Shown here piece after piece: positions 1 through 13,204 of a stretch of 64,000 nt of DNA. Origin of the DNA: Mobula hypostoma (taxonomy: Eukaryota). Where the stretch lies: contig NC_086097.1 of NCBI RefSeq assembly GCF_963921235.1, positions 117,058,001-117,122,000 on the forward strand. Reading direction: 5' to 3'. Below the pieces are notes generated by a model that had not been told where the DNA came from, ran no database searches, and worked only from the letters and a program-made list of their open reading frames with translations. The position numbers were made by a program, and so were the translations under genes. Position 1 is the first letter of the stretch, and every line of letters starts with the position of its first letter.

Positions 1-109
1 TTTAAATGATGTCTAATATATATTAAAAATTATTGTTCATCTTTGCTATTTTCTTTAAGGCAATGCATTCTAAATCGTTATAGCACACTTTGTAATAAAA
101 ATAAAACCA

Positions 110-262
110 TCTGTAATCCCTCTGGTGCTTCTCCCTTGCTGGCCTGCTAAGTTTATCCTTATTTACTGTATTAAAACATTGTATGGCTCTGAACAACTTG
201 ATTACATCATCCATTAATATTCCCTTCTCCATGGAGAAGACTCCCAGCTTTTCTCGCTGATA
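110..262 (-). mobile_element. Ancient CR1 LINE ORF2 C-terminal fragment
   Basis: Minus frame reads REKLGVFSMEKGILMDDVIKLFRAIQCFNTVNKDKL, resembling CR1 'LGLYSLERRRLRGDLIEVFKIMRGIDRVD' seen in other copies here. Confidence 0.55.
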
Positions 263-469
263 TTTATACAGTGATAGCCTGGAGAAATTTACTGTTTCTT
301 AATGCAAAGGTGTTGACTTATAAAGATACTAATTCACAGGGCTTCCAGTTTTCTCTTGGAGCTGAGCAACCCACACACATGATGACCTAATCAACAGCAG
401 TGATCTCACTTCTGAAGATATCCTTGTGCGAATTCCTTGCAAAGTTCTTCTCCAATCGTCAGTGGTAAG

Positions 470-639
470 TTTGTGTTGGACTAGAGATTTCTGTATCTCA
501 GACTTTGTGTTAGAGTGGAGATCTCCGCATCGCAGACTTTCTGTTGGGGTGGCGGTCTCTGCATCTCAGACTTTGTGTTGGACTAGAGATCTCTGCATCT
601 CAGATTTTGCGTTGGACTGGAGGTCTCTGCATCTCAGAT
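470..639. repeat. 34-bp minisatellite, 5 copies
   Basis: Unit TTTGTGTTGGACTAGAGATCTCTGCATCTCAGAC repeated head-to-tail with substitutions and no spacers. Confidence 0.9.
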
Positions 640-1619
640 ATCCAGATGGATACACAAATCAATGAAACAACATTTTAAAACATTAGAAGTCTGAGAAAAG
701 CAAAAGCTTAAAAACAATTATAAAACCAAACTATTGAAGGATTAAATGCAATTAATTCAAAAGCTGGAAATATCCTGTTCTTTCGCAAGTTTAATGAAGA
801 GTGAATCTACTTCTTCAACAGCTCTGATCTGGTTCAAATATTTCAGCTAGGTTCACTACCTTAATGTCTGTTGCAAGCTTCACTCAGATAAATACAGGCA
901 AAGAGCATTCAGGAAGTACAAGCCTGCCCTTTTGTGTGCAATGTGCAAAAATTTCAGATATATACAACATTGGAATAATTCTACATCCATTCATTCAATC
1001 ATTTAAATTACATCAAGTTTAAAGAAAAAAAAATTGCCGTTGTATGATTTCACTTATAGCCTGGAAGGCAGCCATGAACTGCAAATCCATGTCTCCACTG
1101 ACATGCAAATATCAAAGATTGCTGATATTAACAGATCGAATGGTATGACATTGACAAAAACATTAACTTTCCATGGACACTGTCTAACCTCCTGAGTATT
1201 TTCAGCAACTTATGTGTTTATTTTAATATTAATAATTCTTGTTTCTTGGATATTCTATAAATAAGATGATCACATTATCATCCAATATGAACATCTGGTC
1301 GAACACAGTTCTAATAAGCAAGTATCAGCTGTGAATTCTGTATGTAAACCAGGACATTTTGAGTTTCTAGTGCTGGATGCAGAATTTCCAAGCCTATACA
1401 TGTTTCTATGGTTACAGGTAGAACATCTACAGTTCAGTAAATGAGTGATGAAGGATTGAATCTACAAGGACTTAATGCTTTATTTCTAGTCTGTGTTAGA
1501 ATTAGGTAATCTCAGTGGGGAGAGACAGAACTGAAATTTTACTCAGTCACCTTTAGAAAGCATTAGCTAAAGTTCCAGTACTTGGGTGTTTGATCACTTA
1601 AAAGAGTTTGAAAAGAGAT

Positions 1620-1915
1620 AGATTTTCTTTGTCACATGTACATCAAAACTTCGGAACATCACTGAAACGCATCATTCGTGCCAATGATCAACATAGTCCG
1701 AGGACTGTGCTTGGCAGCTCGCAAATGTTGCCAAGCTGCTGGTGCCAACATAGCATGCCCACAGTTCACTAACCTAACTTTAACTGTATATCTTTGGAAT
1801 GTGGGAGGAAACTGGAGCATCTGAGGAAAGTTAAACAAACTCAGGGAGAGTGTACAAACTTCTTACAGGCAGTGGTGGGAATCGGACTCTCACAGATGAT
1901 CATTGGCACTGTAAA
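1620..1915 (-). mobile_element. V-SINE-like element
   Basis: Reverse complement contains the V-domain-like GAAGTTTGTACACTCTCCCTG...TTTCCTCCCACATTCCAAAGA; related to 13950-14225. Confidence 0.6.
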
Positions 1916-2248
1916 GCACTTGAAGGATGAATCCAAGTCTTCTCGTTAGACTAGACGACAGCTATTAGACAGCTAGTGTTGGCCTGCTGCCTATGTTCAT
2001 ACTATATAACTGAGTGTATAATGGATGAGGGATTGGAGAGAACCCAGCTGTCACAGAACTATCTCTTAACAGTATCAAACTTTCTGTCTAAGTGAAGGAC
2101 AATATGAAATTTAGAGAAATAAATGAAAAGAAACTTAAATTCTCTTGCTCGACTGTCTGAGTTCCTTCTACTCTGATAGATAGAGGCCTACAAAACAAAT
2201 ACATCATAAAATTGTATCCAGGACATCTCTCGATATATAGGTTTCAGT

Positions 2249-2562
2249 AAGTTTCAAAGGTACATTTAACGTCAGAGAATCATATACAATATACATCCTG
2301 AATTCTTTTTCTTCGCAAACATCCATGAAAACAGAGGAGTTCCCGAAATAATGAATGACAGTTAAGTGTTATAACCCCAAAGCACCCCCCCAGCTTCCCA
2401 CTCCCACGCGTAAGCAGTAGCAAAGCAGCCACCACCCCCTCACCAGAAAAAAAGCATCAGCACCCCCCACCAATCACTCAAGCACGCAGCAAAGCATGAA
2501 TTAAGACACAGACTTGCAGTAACCCAAAGACTATTTGTTCACCCGGTATTCGACATACCACT

Positions 2563-2594
<32 letters not shown>

Positions 2595-3067
2595 AACAAG
2601 GGAAAAAGAGATGTCTCCGTTTCACAGTGAAAGGGGAGACATAACAAACAACTCACTGATTTACAGTGTTAAAGTCTATTGTGTTGCTTTTTACGAGCTC
2701 TGTGCCCAAAGAAGTTGGGTCTCTAGGCACACAGCCAGCAGCCAGCTCAGTGCTCATGACCTTCCGTCTCCCACAATGCATCAGGTGGCAGCTCTGGCCC
2801 TGAATCCGCCCGCCTCCAGAGCCATGAAAACTTGGCACCCTGAAGGCATGGGAGTCTTCCAGGCCGCAGCCTTGGCATATCGAAAAGTGGCTGGTTGTGA
2901 AGCCCTGAGAGTGGGTCCCATTTCCGCAAAGAACTGAAGTCAGTGTGTAACTCCAGGTCAGGGTCTTCAATAGAACCTTGAAAGAGAAAAAAGAGATATT
3001 AAATATAGAAATAAAGCTGTTTTGGAAGATGCAAGCAAACGAGTCGCTGTCAGGTGCCACCATCTTC
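2249..3067 (-). mobile_element. Non-coding LINE-derived retroposon (~0.8 kb) with internal (CT)n
   Basis: Minus strand starts AAGATGGTGGC and ends in a TTTGAA-type tail; homologous to 12408-13145. Confidence 0.6.
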
Positions 3068-3825
3068 CTAAGCTCCTCCCATATAATGAGAATATCACTG
3101 GGAGAAGGCAGAAGAATGGGATTAAGAGGAATAATAAATCAGCCATGACGGAATGGTGGATTCGAAGGGCTGGATGGCTTCATCCTCCTCCCGTGTCAAA
3201 TGGTCTTATTGTCTTAAAAACTGAGAATCACTTAAGTTTAATCAATAAGTTGGAATGTAGCAAGTTCACTTTCAACTTCCAAGTTCAGTATCAGTATCTC
3301 AAATTGCCCTAGCATATTAGAATACCCAACTAAAATCCCACTATTCTCCACAACACAAACATAATTATTCTGACTACTGAACGACAACTCTCTGGGGTAG
3401 AGAAATGTGAGGAAGAAACCCTCCCAGTCATGGGGAGAATGTACAAATTCCTTATAGCTGTGGCAGGAAAGGAATCCTAAATTATGATCACCAGCACAGT
3501 AAAGGAATTGGTTTATCACTCTGCTACCATGGTACCTCTACCACAGAGTTGTAACGTCGTTCACTAAACTACTAGTCCAATGAATTTGAAATAATTGTCA
3601 AGTCTAGACAGTATGAAGGACCTTTGACCCCAAATATTAAGTCTCTTTCTCTTTCCATAGATGCTGCTTGACTTGGAAAATGTTTCCAACATTTTGGTTC
3701 TTGTTTGAAAATAAGTTGGGTTTGAGATAGAGTAGATTTAGTTGCTTCATTGTGCACATGGAAATTAAGTCTGCGTGTGTTGTGTATTTAATATTTATGT
3801 AATGTTTGAGTAATTATATGAATAA

Positions 3826-3830
<5 letters not shown>

Positions 3831-3889
<59 letters not shown>

Positions 3890-3900
3890 AGAGAGAGAGA
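3831..3900. repeat. (TA)n(GA)n compound microsatellite
   Basis: Seen directly. Confidence 0.95.
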
Positions 3901-3904
3901 GGCA

Positions 3905-4582
3905 GTTCTTGATGAATGGCTGCACAAGAGCAATAGAAGCAGGGGTCTATCACACCAGGTAGGACCCAAAGTGCAGACTGTGGAAGGAATCTACTGAAAC
4001 CATCCAGCACAGAGTAGCTGGGTGCGAAATGTTGGCAGGGACAGCACACACTGAATGGCACAACCAAGTTGCAGGAATTGTGTGCAGGAACATCTGTGCT
4101 GAGTATGGATTGGACACTCCCAAGTTCAAATGGGAAACACCCAAGAAGGAGAATGACAGACTTCCTGTGGGGCTTCCAAATACAAACTGATAAGCAGGCA
4201 CTGGTCAACAGACCAGGGAAAGTAATACTGGACAAGGAACAGAAGAAAGCAATAGTAATAGTTGTGGCAATCACGAAAGTCAGTAACATCAGGAAGAAAG
4301 AATATGAGAAGTTGGAGAAATACCAGGGCTTGAAAGAGCAGATAGAAAGGATGTGGAAGGTTAAAGCCAGAGTAATCCCAGTGGTGATAAGGGCACTTAG
4401 ATTTGTGAGACCTGGACTGAGAGAGTGGCTCCAACAAATCCGGGGAAAAACATCTGAGATCTCAGTCCAGAGGGTACAGCAAGGATACTGTGCAGAACTC
4501 TCAGGCTCCCAGGTCTCTGTAGAGGACCCGAGATTGAGGGAAAAATACATATACACACCACCCATAAGGGGTGAGAAAAAAT
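3905..4582 (+). mobile_element. Dong/R4 (Rex6-like) non-LTR retrotransposon 3' fragment: zinc knuckle plus restriction-like endonuclease
   Basis: Frameshifted DPKCRLWKESTETIQHRVAGC...HNQVAGIV...LWGFQIQTDKQALVNRP...EYEKLEKYQGLKEQIERMW...VIPVVI matches the R4-clade REL region. Confidence 0.8.
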
Positions 4583-4619
4583 ATATGTTGATTAAGTATT
4601 CTTGTTCTTATAAAGAATT

Positions 4620-4782
4620 TGTTATGAATTATATGTATAAATACATGAATTGCATACATCATCATGCTTTCACATAATATCTGCATGCCTCACTTAAAGT
4701 AAACTCGAAGTTAGAACCGCATTTCAGACTTCTGTATCTTCCTTTTAATTAGTTTAATGTTTTGAAGTTACAAAATGTAACA
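4620..4782. mobile_element. Possible short solo LTR
   Basis: TGTTA...TAACA termini; flanks GAATT/GAGTG match at only 3 of 5 positions. Confidence 0.35.
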
Positions 4783-6736
4783 GAGTGTTTTTGGCTGAAT
4801 TTCCTGGGAGGTATCTGAGAAATGGAAAAGAGCCAAGATTAGATACTGGGTGGGATAAGCGAGATGCAGGTTGTTATGTACTTTTGTATGGAATGATGTG
4901 CCCAGATGACCCACAAAACAAAGTGCTTCACTGTATCCCCATACATGTGACCAGAATAAAATAAATGCCAATTGACAATTATCGGAGGTAATTGTAAGGA
5001 CATGGAAAGAAAAGATTTAAGATTTCTTTCTGTCTGCAACTGGATAGTTAAGAATGAGGAAAGTGCAAACCAACACAGCTCGACATTGCCAAACGTTAGA
5101 TGAGGATAAAATGGTCAGCCGTGGCCGCACATAGCTTGAAATCCAATTTACAGGATGTTATTGGATATCCCCAGCCCATATTCCTTTTAGCAGGCCGGAT
5201 GTAAGGAGGACATTTCCCTTAACTAAGTGTCTAGAACAAGCTACCTCAGGTCTGGGGGTAAGATGACACAAACAAAATGCTGAAGGAGCTCAACACGTCA
5301 GTCAGCATCTATGGAAATGAATAGAAAGTTGAGGTTTTGGGATGAGAACCTTCTTCAAGATTCCATTTAGAACTGAGATCAGAAGAAACTTATTCAGAAA
5401 TTGGACAACCTGTGGAGTTTGCTAACATTAACCACACGCTGCTGAATATATTTGAGGAGGACATTGATACGTTTCTAGATGTAAGATGTATCAAAGAGTA
5501 CGGAGAGAGATAGGAAACATGACATTGATGTAGGTGATTACCCATGACCATGTTAAATGGTGAAACAAGATCAAAGGGTTAAGCAACCTACATCTGCTTC
5601 TCATAAACTCAATAGATTTTGCAGATGTTGGAAACCCAGAGTAACACACACAAAGTCTGTGGAATTTGTTGCCATAGATAGCTGTGGAGGCCAAGTCCTT
5701 GGGCATATTGAGTCATTAAGATTGGTAGATTCTTGATTAGTCAGGATGTGAAGGGATACGGGGAGATGGCAGGAGACTGGGGCTGAGAGGGAATTGGATT
5801 AACCATGATGAAATCGTGAAGCAGACTCAATGGGCCAAATGGACTAATTCTTCTCCTATATCTTAGGGTCTTATAATGCTGGAGGAACTCAAAATGTCAG
5901 GTGGAACCTATGGAGGGAATTAACAATGGATGATTTGGGCCATAACCCTTCATCAGGTAAACCTCCTTTTCCATTTTTCCATGTTTTTGATGCAATGTCT
6001 ACCTTTCCAGTTCTTTCCTCTTGTTGGCAAAGATCAAGTGCCTGGAGTTTTCTTCCTAAATTATCCCCTTTGAGCTATTCATTAAAATATCCTCTTTTGA
6101 CTAAGCTTATGGTGATCTGTATCTTTAATTCTTTACCTAACTTGCTGTCAAAATTTGATTGATAATTCAGTGATTGTGTTTGTGGTTTAAGTTAAAGATG
6201 CCAAGCACCGGGAATTTCCTTTTTGTAAAGAGTGCAATCTAGAAGTGATTAAAAATAATACTGAAGAGACTTATAACAGTTTCTATTAGCTGCTGAGGGC
6301 AATTTCAGCAAATGATCAACATCTTGTGATTTCATATTGTATGGATCCGGTATTGAATAATATAGAGAGTGTTAACAGAGTTACAGAACTAGCTTACATG
6401 ACCAAACAAAAGTGGTAGTTCTGCATTTCATTAAAAAATCATGAGGACCTGATTGGCCTGTTCCATTCAGTATGAAATTTAATCTCAGCGAGGAAAGCAG
6501 TCACCTGCTGGGATTGTCCATATGTCTAAGCAGCATGCCAGTCATTTGTCTGGTAGTCAGCTCTTCCAACCTTTACCTCTAAATATTGATTCAGATACCT
6601 GTTGCAGAATTTGCCAACTGGTGCCACACTGAGATGAGGATGTTTTGATACACCTGCCACGGATAGTGTTAAAACTTTAAGAAAACATTAGCTTGAAAAG
6701 AACTAGCAGCTGGCTGTCATCTAGTGTTGCAGCTTG

Positions 6737-6822
6737 ATCAGCCATGATCATAATAAATGGCGGTGCAGGCTCGAAGGGCCGAATGGCCTACTCCTGCACC
6801 TATTTTCTATGTTTCTATGTTT
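6737..6822 (+). mobile_element. Young CR1 3' tail (extreme 5' truncation)
   Basis: Nearly identical to 37851-37940, including the (TTTCTATG)n tail. Confidence 0.85.
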
Positions 6823-6955
6823 ATAGAACATAGAAAATTACAGCACAATACAGGCCATTCTGTTCACAGTGTTGTATTGATCTTTTAATCTACTCTAAAA
6901 TCAATTTCGTCCTTCCTTCCTGCATGGCCTTCCATTTTTCTATTATCCATATACC

Positions 6956-7147
6956 GAGGTGTATGGGATGTCAGAAAGGGGTTGCACCTCTGGTGGGGGA
7001 ACATGTTGCATCCTTTTCAAAGATTAGTCCACCTTTGTTCCCCACCTGGCACTCAGCTCTTACCTGTGGCTCCTCGTAGCTGTTTGCATGCGACAGCGGC
7101 CACACCATGGGCAACGGCTTCAACAAGCCGGCTAAACCAGGTGAGGG
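6956..7147 (+). ncRNA. Candidate HDV-like self-cleaving ribozyme
   Basis: P1 GAGGTGT/ACACCAT, P2 CTCTTACCTG/CAGGTGAGGG, P3 GGC/GCC, L3 TCCTCGT, P1.1 CC/GG, P4 CGGCTT/AAGCCG, J4/2 GCTAA. Confidence 0.5.
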
Positions 7148-7509
7148 TAGACGACAGGTCTCAAACCCTTGGTGAGATAGGGAGTTGTCTATCCCAGCAT
7201 GTGAAGACAGACTCCGGTGGATTGAGCGGATGAGCCCAATGGAAGGTCCAACAGTCAAGAAGGCGGTCTTTGCAATCATCGTGGAATGTGTAGAGCACGA
7301 CAAGACACAGAAGACATCCTGGTCATCCTCTGCACCTAGTCCTATCTCCAGCTGTCTCGACTCTGTCTTGCTACTGGATCCAGATTGGGAAGAGAGAATG
7401 AGGCTGACGCTGCGCAACTCTCCCTCACTTAAATCCAAATCATGTGCTAGTTTCGACACCGTCACTGGTGTCAAGGTCCTCATCGACAACGACGATGGAC
7501 GAACATGAC
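6956..7509 (+). mobile_element. Non-autonomous RTE-type short retroelement with 9-bp TSD
   Basis: CCATATACC at 6947-6955 and 7510-7518; GAC/GAT-like triplet tail; it interrupts a CR1 3' end. The RTE assignment is inferred. Confidence 0.7.
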
Positions 7510-9232
7510 CCATATACCCGTCTGAGAGTTTCCCTAAATATCCTTCATGTATCTGCCTCCACCACTGACCCTGGCAGCTGGCTCCATGCATCCAACACTC
7601 TGTGTAAAAAACTCATTTCTGATACCCCCTTATACTTTCTTCCAATCACCTTAAAATTATGTCCCTCGTGTTAAGTGGAGACATTTTCCACAAGAAAAAA
7701 ATATCTGGCTGTCCACTTGATCGATGCCTCTTATTATCTTGTTTTCCTCTATCAAGTTACATCTCATCCTCCTCTCTCCAAAGAGAAAGGCCCCAACTCA
7801 TCTAATCTATTCTCATAAAACAGGTTCTCTAATCCAGGCATCATCCTGGTATATCTCCTCTGCATCCTCTCTAAAGCTTCCACATCCTGTAATGAGTCAA
7901 CCAGAATGGAACAAAATTTTCTAAGAGTGGTCTAACAAGGTATTTATAGAGCTGCAACATTACTTTACGGTTCTTGATCTTAACCTCCCGACTAATGAAG
8001 GCCAAAACACCGTACACCTCTTAAATAACCCTATCAATTGCAACTTTGAGGATCCATAGCTCCACCAACTTTCACGTCATCTGAAAGTTCACTAACCCAC
8101 TCTTCCACTTCCTTATCCAAGTCATTTATGAAAATCACCAACAACAGATTCCTGCAGAACACCACTGGTCACCAACCTCCTATATCAGTTTATGCTTCTC
8201 TGGATTGAACTCTGTCTGTGAAACTCAGCTCAACTCAGCATTCTACCAACATCTGGTTGTAACCTACGACAACCTTCTACGGTGTCTACAACACCACTAA
8301 TCTTCCACAAACTTAGTAATCCACCCTTCCACATCCTCATCCAAGTAATTGATAAAAATCACAAAGAGTGGAGGTCCCAGATGAGATTCCTGCAGAATGT
8401 TACTGGTGACTGACCTCCATGCAGAACACTTTTCATCTACTACCATGCTCTGCCTTCAGAAGGCAATCAATTTTTGAATCCACGCATCCACACAAGTTTC
8501 CTTGGATCCCCTGCCTCATGACTTTCTGAATGAGCCTATCATAAGGAACCTTATCAAACACCTTACTACAGACCATGTACACCATATCAATTGTTCTACC
8601 TTCATCAATGAGCTTTGTCACATCCTCAAGAATTCATTCAGGCTTGTGAGACATGACCTGCCATGTTAACTATTCTTGATTGGACTATGATTCTCCAAAT
8701 GCCCGTAAATCCTGTCTCTACGAATCTTGTCCAATAATTTGCCCACAACTGAAGTAAGATTCACTGGTTTACAATTCCCTGCGTTAACCCTATTCATTTT
8801 CTTGGTCAAAGGAATAACATTTGTCACTCTCCACTCATCTGGTACTCCTCCTGTGAGAGTAAAAACACTAAGATCATGGCTAAAGACACAGCAGTTTCTT
8901 CTCAAATTCCCATAATAAACTGGGGTATATCCCATTCTGCCCAGGAACACCCCTATTCTAACATTTTTCAAAACTGCCAACACATCCTGTTTCTTAAAGT
9001 CATCGCATTTTAGCTTATCAGCCTGTCTTATGCTATCCCACGAACATCAAAGTCTGTCTGACTGATAAATACTGAAGCAAAGCATTCATTAAGGACCTCC
9101 TCTACTTTCTTCAACTCCAGGCGCATGTTTTCTCTTCTATCCCTGATTGATCCTACCCTCACTCGAATCATCCTCCTGTTCTTCACATACATGTAAAATG
9201 TCTTGAAGTTTGCCTTGATCCTACTCACCAAA

Positions 9233-9515
9233 GCCGGACAGTAACGTAGTGGTTAACACAACACTTTACAGTACTAGCAACCCAGGTTCATTTTCTGCTG
9301 CTGTCTGTAAGGAGTTTGTACGTTTTCCCTGTGACCACGTGGGTTTTTCCAGGTGTTTTGTTTCCTCCCACAGTCCAAGGCCATATCAGTTGGTAGGTTA
9401 ATTGGTCTTTGTAAATTGTCCCTTGATTAGGCTATGATTAAATCAGGAGTTGCTGGGCAGCAAGCTCAAAAGGCCAGAAGGGCCTACTCTACAGTGTATC
9501 TCAAGAAATAAATTA
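9233..9515 (+). mobile_element. tRNA-derived V-SINE (HE1-like)
   Basis: A-box-like TAGTGG and B-box-like GGTTCA head, V-domain GGAGTTTGTACGTT...TTTCCTCCCACAGTCCAA, LINE-like tail with AATAAA. Confidence 0.8.
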
Positions 9516-9521
9516 ATAAGA

Positions 9522-11375
9522 ATTTCCTCTGAACTCTCTGTAAAGCTCTTACATTGTTCTTACATTGCAGTGATCAGAACTGAACACAATTCTCTAAGTG
9601 TGGTCTAACCAGAATTTTATAGAGCTTCAATATTACCTCTTGGCTCTTGACCCAGTCCCCTGACTAATGAATGCCAACACATTGTACAGCTTCTTAGGCA
9701 CCCTTTAACTGCAACTTTTGCAGGATGCATAGTCATAGACCTCAAGATCCCTCTGTTCCTACACGGCTAAGAATCCTGCCACTTATCCTGTACTCTGCCT
9801 TCGAGTTCGAGCTTCCAAAGTATATCAGTTCACATTTTTCAGGATTGAACTCTATCTGCCACTTCTCAGCCCAGCTCTTCACCCGATCATCGTCACGTTG
9901 TAACCTAAGACAACATTGTACAGTATCCACACCAGCACCAATCTTCATGCCACCTACAAGCTTACTAATCTATCCTTCCACTTCCTCATCTGCGTCATTG
10001 ATAAAAATCACAAAGAGCAGGGGTCCCAGAACAGATCCTTGTGAAACACCACTGGTCACTGACCTCCAGGCAGAATATGCTCCAACAACTACCTCTCTCT
10101 GTCTTCAGTGGGCAAGCCAAATCTGAATCCAAACAGCCAAGTTTCCATAGATTCCATGCCTCTTGGCTTTCTGAATGAGTCTACCATGGGTATCCTTTTG
10201 AAATGCCTTACTAGGTCTTACATCACAAGCACTGCACTCCCTTCATCAATGTGCTTTGTCACTTCCCCAAATAACTCAATCAGACTCATGAGGCACGAAC
10301 TGCCTCTCACAAAGTGATGCTGACTATCAGTAATCAGACTATCCCTCTCCAGATGCTTGTAAATCCAATCTTTAAGAATCCTCTACAATAGTTTGCCCAC
10401 CACTGATGTAAGGCTCACCGGTCTTCTATTTGCAGAATGATCTCTACTACCTTTCTTGAACAAAGGAATACCATTTTCCACACTCTGCCTTCTGGTACTA
10501 CCAGAAGTAGCCAGTGTGGATGCAAAGATTATTGCCAAAGGTGTAGCAATCTCTTCCTTGGCTTCCCATGCTAACATTGGGTACATCCACTCTGGCTCCA
10601 GGGACTTATCTATTCTAATGCATTTGAACATCTCCAGCACATCCTCTTTTTTTTGTTAGTAAACGTGTTTCAGCATATTAGCCTGTTCTATGCTGTGCTC
10701 GCGTTCATCAAGGTCCCTCCTCCTGGTGACCAATAAAGCAAAGTATTTACTAAGGAACTTCCCTACCCTTTGATTCCAGGCATAAGTTTCATCTTTTACT
10801 GCTGTTCAGTCCTACTCTCACTCTAGTCATTTTTCTGTTCTTCGTGTACGTGTAGAGCAACTTGAGATTTTCATTAATTTGCTCCCTATATTTACACTTC
10901 AGGACCTCAAACTTTTCTTATCTATATCATCGGTACCAAGGTGTACCATGATTTCTGGCTGTCACCCTCCCTTGAGAACAGACCTGATTGGAGATGTCCT
11001 TGATCCTGACACCTGGGAGGCAACATACTATCTGTGTCTCCTTCAGTTCCATAGAATCTCCTGTCTGCTCCTATAATTATTGAATCCCCTATAATCTCCA
11101 TTCACTTATTCAACCTCCTTCCCTTTTGAGCAACAGAGCAGAGATCTGGTCGTTGTGACCTTCCCCTGGTAGGTCACTACCTCCCCACACAACAGCTTTC
11201 AAAACTGTATACGTGTTATTGAGGGAAATGACCACGGGGGGGGGGGTGGTTGGTACTCTACACTGTCTGCCTATTCCCTTTCCCTCTCTTGACAGTCACA
11301 CAGCTGCCTGGTTCCTGCAATTTAGGTTTGACAGCTTCCCTGCAGCTGCTATCTTTCAAATCCTCGTTCTCCCAT
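9522..11375 (-). mobile_element. Degenerate CR1 LINE (ORF1 remnant plus ORF2)
   Basis: SWAEKWQIEFNPEKCE and RRPVSLTSVVGKLL; 10935-11375 is homologous to the ORF1 at 19750-20300. Confidence 0.85.
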
Positions 11376-12407
11376 ATGACCCATTTTTTAATAAGATATG
11401 CCCAGAGGCGGGAAAGTCTAGAACCAGGGATCAGAACCTAAGGATATGATGTATGCCATCCAAGAACGAAGTGAGGAGACAATTTTTTTCATCTAAAATT
11501 TTGTGAACCTGACAAATTTGGATGATCACCAATGATTACATTGAATACGAAGTAGAGAGGATTCAAATGGTAATTCTGCCTACTCCAACTCATATTTTCA
11601 TGTTTCTTTATTAATGTTTGTTCCACATTTTTTACTCCCTCAGTATCAAAGCCTCCTTGAGCGACACAAGGAACATTTGGGCTTCTGTTCACTGAGGAGG
11701 CAATGGGGTATATTTAATAGATGCAGTCTCCCAATGTGCCTGTTAGGAACAAAAATTTGTGATTCATGCACACCCTCTGCAATTGATCACGTATTGTGGG
11801 GGAAGAACAGACATGCAAAATGCTTGCTTGACAGCTCAAGTGGATCCTCTGGTGCGGTCTTCTGGCTCTGACTGCATACTTACGATCCTTCCACATTCCT
11901 CTGGTCCTCCTGTCTTTCCTCTTTTCCCCTCAGAGCCATGTCCTAAGTTGCCCCTGACTTCCTGACATTTCACTATATTTGCCTTTATATTTCACCCCTC
12001 TCTCAATATGCAAATTTGTGGTTATTTTCACAACTTTAGTTTGCTTTCTATCAGAGATATACTCTTTCTGTTACCTTCGCTTCTCTCCATTTTTGCAGTT
12101 GAAAATTCAGTCATTTCCAGTTCTGGAGAAGGTTATTGATGAGAAATGCTGACACTGTTTCTCCCTACATGGACGCTGCATGATCAGCTGAGTGATTCTG
12201 GCATTTACTGCCTTTGTGTCTGTAGAAGAGAAGAACATGAGTTTGTAAGCTTGCAAAATCGTGGTGAAACAAATAAACATTCCTCAAAGCTAAAATCATA
12301 TCTGCTCACACTGACGTGATGCATGATTAACAGCATGGGAGAACTGATATGCAAGAAATGTAGAAAATATGATGATAATGCTTACTTGGACATTTTTTCC
12401 CCAATAC

Positions 12408-13145
12408 AAATGGTTTCAAATGGTTCTGTTTATTGTCAGAGAATGTATACAGTATATGACCTGAAATACTTGTCTACACAGAGATTCACAAAAAACAGAA
12501 GAATCCCGAAAGTCTGAATGACAGAAAAACATTCGAACCCCAAAACCCCTCTCCCCCTCTCCCACATAGGCAGCAGCAAGCATCAATGTATTTATCTCCC
12601 TGTTCTCCCTGCCCTTTCCAGCAAAAAGCATCAGTGCCCAACACCCACTCAGCAATAACAAGGTACTCAAAGAGAGATCGTGATCTGCAGTCAACAAAAA
12701 TTATTTATTAGCCAACAGTTCGACAGTCACAGGCTCTCCCTCTCTCTCTCTCGCTAAAAGATTGAGAGATATCACCAATTTTTACAGCGAAAGGGGAGAC
12801 TGACAGTCACTGTTACAATACTACAGTCTCCCGCATCACTTTTCCATACATCCGCCACAGTGAAATCCTGATGTTCCACCTGCTGCGACACCTCAATCGG
12901 CAACGCTGGCCTGGAATTAGTCGTACTCAGGGCTGCGCCTGGAGAATGTCGAAAAACGGTTGGCCGGAGAGTTTCAGGCATGAGAACTTATCTGTTGTTC
13001 AAAAAAAAAACACAGTTTGAGTGCCACTGGAGATCAAGACCTCACTAGAACCCTAACCACCTCGAAAGAAAAGAAATATTAAAGGGAGGAATTTCAGCTG
13101 TTTCTGCAGATGAGCTCGGCGAGCCAGCCACTTGGCACCATCTTA
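12408..13145 (-). mobile_element. Second copy of the non-coding retroposon at 2249-3067
   Basis: Shared blocks (AAAGGGGAGAC, GCAGCAGCAAAGCA-like, (CT)n); AAGATGG start on the minus strand. Confidence 0.6.
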
Positions 13146-13204
13146 ACTCCGTTATTATACAAATAACATTGTAGGGGTTATAGCTGACAAGGCTGAGGTT
13201 TCAC

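Larger units (their letters stand above)
6824..9230 (-). mobile_element. Degenerate CR1 LINE ORF2, interrupted at 6956-7509
   Basis: Minus frames give WRVTNVIPL, CKPVNLTSVVGKLL, SKVFDKVPYDRL; CR1 tail at the left end. Confidence 0.85.

Noticed and set aside
470..639. CRISPR-like 34-bp periodicity
   Set aside because: Units are contiguous with no unique spacers, there are no cas genes, and the context is eukaryotic
3795..4565. 256-aa hydrophobic minus-strand ORF
   Set aside because: Antisense shadow of the Dong/R4 fragment running into a microsatellite
6971..7591. 206-aa minus-strand ORF
   Set aside because: It crosses a TSD-defined insertion boundary and has no recognisable domain
9233..9300. 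tRNA gene
   Set aside because: Degenerate SINE head with no cloverleaf, followed by a V-domain
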